Origin: Methanosarcinales archaeon
GTDB lineage: Archaea; Halobacteriota; Methanosarcinia; Methanosarcinales; Methanocomedenaceae
Length of the DNA stretch: 64,000 nucleotides
Assembly: GCA_021108405.1 (NCBI GenBank)
Contig: JAIOQW010000347.1
Coordinates: 18,486-82,485 of the forward strand
Direction of reading: 5' to 3'
Positions 60,673-64,000 of the stretch are shown here, piece after piece. Numbering within the stretch: position 1 is the first letter of the stretch; every line of letters starts with the position of its first letter. The notes below the pieces were generated by a model. The model had not been told where the DNA came from, did no database searches, and was given only the letters and a program-made list of their open reading frames with translations. Made by a program: the position numbers and the translations under genes.

Positions 60673-61899
60673 TCATGAACGGTCTTGTTTACTTTCACTA
60701 AACACCTGTGCTAATTTCTCGGATGCATAAATATGGTCAAATTTCTTTACTAATTTCAAACCATTATCAGCAATTGTCTTTCTTAGTTCTGCGTCTTTTA
60801 AAAGACTGATCACATACCTGGCAAATGTATCATAATCATCAGCAACAAACATGTCATTCCCATGGGAAGGATCTATTCCAAAAGTAGCCAGAGGAGTAGC
60901 AACAACAGGCAATCCACATGCCATTGATTCTAATATTTTACCTCTAAATCCGGTGCCTAACTCTATCGGAGCTACAAACACATCGCTTTTCCAGTACAAT
61001 TGACGTACATTCTCATTATCTCCTCCTTCCCTGACAATGATATTGTCACTTCTTAGATCCAATAGTTCATGAGGCGGATGGAACCCGATTGCATAGAATT
61101 TTGCATCAGGGACTTCCTGAAGGATGTGGTTCCAGCAATGATCAATGAAATTCTTTGCAGCATCCACATTAGGATAATGCTCAAAATTTCCTAAATATAG
61201 AATTCTTTTTGAATTCTCATCCCGGGTTTTATCAATAGGAGGATAATAGAATTCCGTATCCACTCCATGGGGGACTATCCTGACTTTCTTCTTTAATCCG
61301 GGGTCATACTTGATTAGAATCTCACTGTCTTCCCTGGTTAGTGATAAAATTCTATCAACTGCATTATACATAGTGAATTCATAATCATGTAACTCCTTGA
61401 TTTGCGCATCACTGATGTCTTCTCCTTTTGCGGCTCTTAGTTCAAACGCTTTGGTATAGCATTCATGTACAGAAATTACTGTCAAAGTATCTGGCGGGAA
61501 TATATCCTGATTTGCTTCTAAGTATTGTCCTGCCATTGAATATTCTGCAATAACCGCATCGAAATGATTCTCTTTCACTGATATTCTCAATGCTTCTTCA
61601 ATTTCTTTATTATAGCCACCGTCGCCACTTAAAAAGAACTTAGGTCTTTTCATGTTGAATTTTTTAAATAAGTCCTCAACTTTCTCTTCAGATCTATCCT
61701 TAACAGAATCGATAAGCAGGATCTTATCACAATAGGGCTTAAGGCTTGTATCTTCACGATCTTTGTCAGATTGAGCAGGAGCGATCAGGGTTATATTATG
61801 TCCCATTAAAGACAGGTTTTTAATTCTATGATAGATAAGTATGGGTCCACCTATGATATCTGCCCTCGGAAGCAGTTTGGTTATAAATAAAAGGTTCAT
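60673..61899 (-). CDS. Glycosyltransferase family 4 (GT-B)
   Basis: PHGVD, YPNVDA, GTGFRGKILESMACGLPVVAT. Confidence 0.9.
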   Translation of the reverse strand: MNLLFITKLLPRADIIGGPILIYHRIKNLSLMGHNITLIAPAQSDKDREDTSLKPYCDKILLIDSVKDRSEEKVEDLFKKFNMKRPKFFLSGDGGYNKEIEEALRISVKENHFDAVIAEYSMAGQYLEANQDIFPPDTLTVISVHECYTKAFELRAAKGEDISDAQIKELHDYEFTMYNAVDRILSLTREDSEILIKYDPGLKKKVRIVPHGVDTEFYYPPIDKTRDENSKRILYLGNFEHYPNVDAAKNFIDHCWNHILQEVPDAKFYAIGFHPPHELLDLRSDNIIVREGGDNENVRQLYWKSDVFVAPIELGTGFRGKILESMACGLPVVATPLATFGIDPSHGNDMFVADDYDTFARYVISLLKDAELRKTIADNGLKLVKKFDHIYASEKLAQVFSESKQDRS

Positions 61900-63134
61900 T
61901 TTGATTCTTTCCTTTCTTGAACAATATTTTCAATTCTTGATCTGATCTCTTCCTGATACGTATATTCCATCATTTCTTGCCAGCGTTTTTGCAATATGCA
62001 TAGATCCTGGAATGGACTGGAATCAGGCACAGCGTCGGTTTGGGAAATAATGATATTGCGTAATGCCTCTTCGCTTCCTTCAACGTCACCCTGGGCAAGA
62101 TATTCTTCTGATAAGAGTTCGGATGAATGTCTGATCTTCTCATTAAGATCATTCTTTAGAAAACAGCCTGGATACGGATCAAAATCCTCAGGATAGACCT
62201 TTATCATCCCTTCCACATCCTCCTGGCTTTCTATCTTTGAGCGTTCATAGATAAAACGATAAATATCCTCTCGCAATTGTTTCCAGGTATGGTGGGTTTT
62301 TTGCGGAGGAAGATGTTTGATCGAGAGTTGATCATCCAGGTAGAAACGATATCCGAACATCCTTGCATTCATTAAGAAGTCGATATCCTCACCTCTTGGA
62401 ACCTCAGGGTCAAATGGTATTACAGTAAAGAGTCTTCTATGAATGACCATATTCCCACCAAAAACAAATGGTGTCTCTTTTAACCTGGGTTCTGTTCCAA
62501 TGATCTGATCAAATGCCTTATTCATATTATCAAACTGATCCCAGTATTTCATCCAGGGGTGATATGGTTTCTTAACATGGTAGTCTCCATCGGGCTGGAG
62601 GTAATATCCGGCTACAGCATCGATATTTGATCCGGTACTATTAGTGCCAATGAATTCTTTTGTCTTTGATATGAATTTCCTATCCTCGAATACCTCGTCA
62701 TCATCAATAAGTACAGCCACTTCAGAACCCAGGACATGTGGAATGAACATACATAGATTTCGAATATTGGAATAACCATTGAGTTGAAGAAGATCAATAT
62801 ATTCCTTTTTACCTTCACTGATCAATAATTCATGTATCTGTTTAAGATGGGAAGGTCCAAATTGCAGTACTTCTACTCCAGCGTCAGTATAAGCGGATTT
62901 GATGATATCGGCTACTTTTTTTTCAACCTGGATCTCAATATCTTTTGATGTTGGGATAGCAAGTATTACCAATTGAAAATCTTTATCCTCAAGTACGCCT
63001 ACGCTCTGTATTGCTCGCGATAATGTACCTTCGTTATCCAGGGGGATCGGATGATCGTATATTGTATCTCCTTGTATCCAGCCAACACGGCTTTCTCTTG
63101 CCCAATATGATGGGATTACCATTGTAAGTTTCAA
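61896..63134 (-). CDS. GT-A fold glycosyltransferase-like protein
   Basis: VIPSY, YSNIRN, LIDDDE, FGGNM, RGEDID, IKHLPP. Confidence 0.7.
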   Translation of the reverse strand: MKLTMVIPSYWARESRVGWIQGDTIYDHPIPLDNEGTLSRAIQSVGVLEDKDFQLVILAIPTSKDIEIQVEKKVADIIKSAYTDAGVEVLQFGPSHLKQIHELLISEGKKEYIDLLQLNGYSNIRNLCMFIPHVLGSEVAVLIDDDEVFEDRKFISKTKEFIGTNSTGSNIDAVAGYYLQPDGDYHVKKPYHPWMKYWDQFDNMNKAFDQIIGTEPRLKETPFVFGGNMVIHRRLFTVIPFDPEVPRGEDIDFLMNARMFGYRFYLDDQLSIKHLPPQKTHHTWKQLREDIYRFIYERSKIESQEDVEGMIKVYPEDFDPYPGCFLKNDLNEKIRHSSELLSEEYLAQGDVEGSEEALRNIIISQTDAVPDSSPFQDLCILQKRWQEMMEYTYQEEIRSRIENIVQERKESK

Positions 63135-63198
63135 AACAATAACTCCATTTATATTTTTATATTGCCGGGTGTTTTTCTACTATAAAATAATTAATTTT

Positions 63199-63999
63199 TT
63201 AGTTATAAGTATCAAGGTCATACAGAGCAGCCTCTTTTAATCTCTGACGAATATCAGGCATAGCTGATATTGCTCTTTTCCAGTCAGGCAGCCTCATTCT
63301 TGTCGGATTGTCGATATATTCCCTGCCTGATGATAACATAAGCTTTGAGATATCCTCAACAATGCATTCTTCATTGTGCCTGTTATAATTTAGCCTGTTG
63401 CACAGGGCATCAGCATGGTACTGACGTATATGATCCTGAGCTGTGCGCTTATACTGTACAATAACACTTTGCAAATAAGCCTCATTTATATCATATCCGT
63501 CTATTTCTACCAGATTCCTGAATATGGTCTTGGTAATATCTTTGATCATTTTAGTAATACCGCTTTCAGTATCTTTTCTAAAAGATCTGTGTTTGTGTTC
63601 ATAGAATTCAAGATCTACCTGGCATGTTCTTTTAAAGGTAATGTTTTTGAAGACTTCAGCAAGTAGTCCTACTTCCAGCCCCCAGTCACCTGGTATGCGG
63701 ATATTAAGGGCAAGATCAGATGTCATACAGAACTCACCGGAAAGTGGATATTTAAAAGCACACATATATTTAAGGAAATCCGAATGACCGTTCGTTTTTT
63801 CAAGTAACGTATTTAAAAGAGGACTTAACATAAGCCTGTACACACGACCGTACATTATCAGTTTTTCCATATCAATCCTTGCATAATATCCTTTATTAAA
63901 AAAGAAATCCAGATCAGGTTCAACAACAGGATAGAAAAGTTTTGCCGGGAGAATCCTGGCATATGATACAATATCTGCATCATGCATTGCTACAGCATA
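63199..63999 (-). CDS. gpgS: Glucosyl-3-phosphoglycerate synthase (GpgS-like), 3' part
   Basis: HDADI, KGYYAR, YGRV.RL, YPLSGEF, WGLEVG, YEHKH. Lies in the same cluster as the phosphatase. Confidence 0.75.
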   Translation of the reverse strand, partial: YAVAMHDADIVSYARILPAKLFYPVVEPDLDFFFNKGYYARIDMEKLIMYGRVYRLMLSPLLNTLLEKTNGHSDFLKYMCAFKYPLSGEFCMTSDLALNIRIPGDWGLEVGLLAEVFKNITFKRTCQVDLEFYEHKHRSFRKDTESGITKMIKDITKTIFRNLVEIDGYDINEAYLQSVIVQYKRTAQDHIRQYHADALCNRLNYNRHNEECIVEDISKLMLSSGREYIDNPTRMRLPDWKRAISAMPDIRQRLKEAALYDLDTYN

Positions 64000-64000
64000 A

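Overview
AT-rich archaeal chromosomal window. The gene content points to Methanosarcinales, possibly an ANME-type lineage (inference): Top6B, NAC, NrpR, MptD, PGF-CTERM, PEF-CTERM and PGF-pre-PGF proteins. It carries housekeeping genes (top6B, purL, purB, glnA, nrpR, aroC, aroA, ino1, moeA, sucCD, AOR, a DEAD-box helicase, tRNA-Leu(CAA)), many cell-surface proteins including a 1988-aa giant and a 14-repeat beta-propeller, and an extended glucosylglycerate-type cluster at the right edge. The strongest unexplained signal is non-coding: about 17 intergenic copies of a modular hairpin element. Its minimal form is 61 bp (AGTATATCAAG...GATTTTGTTCT) and longer forms reach about 220 bp by adding hairpin modules, most with c-GNA-g triloops. 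Two filled/empty site pairs inside this window indicate precise insertion after a T with no target-site duplication. This suggests a REP/REPIN-like ssDNA element moved by an HUH-type enzyme, although no transposase is encoded here. All coordinates and alignments were read by eye and no database search was run.
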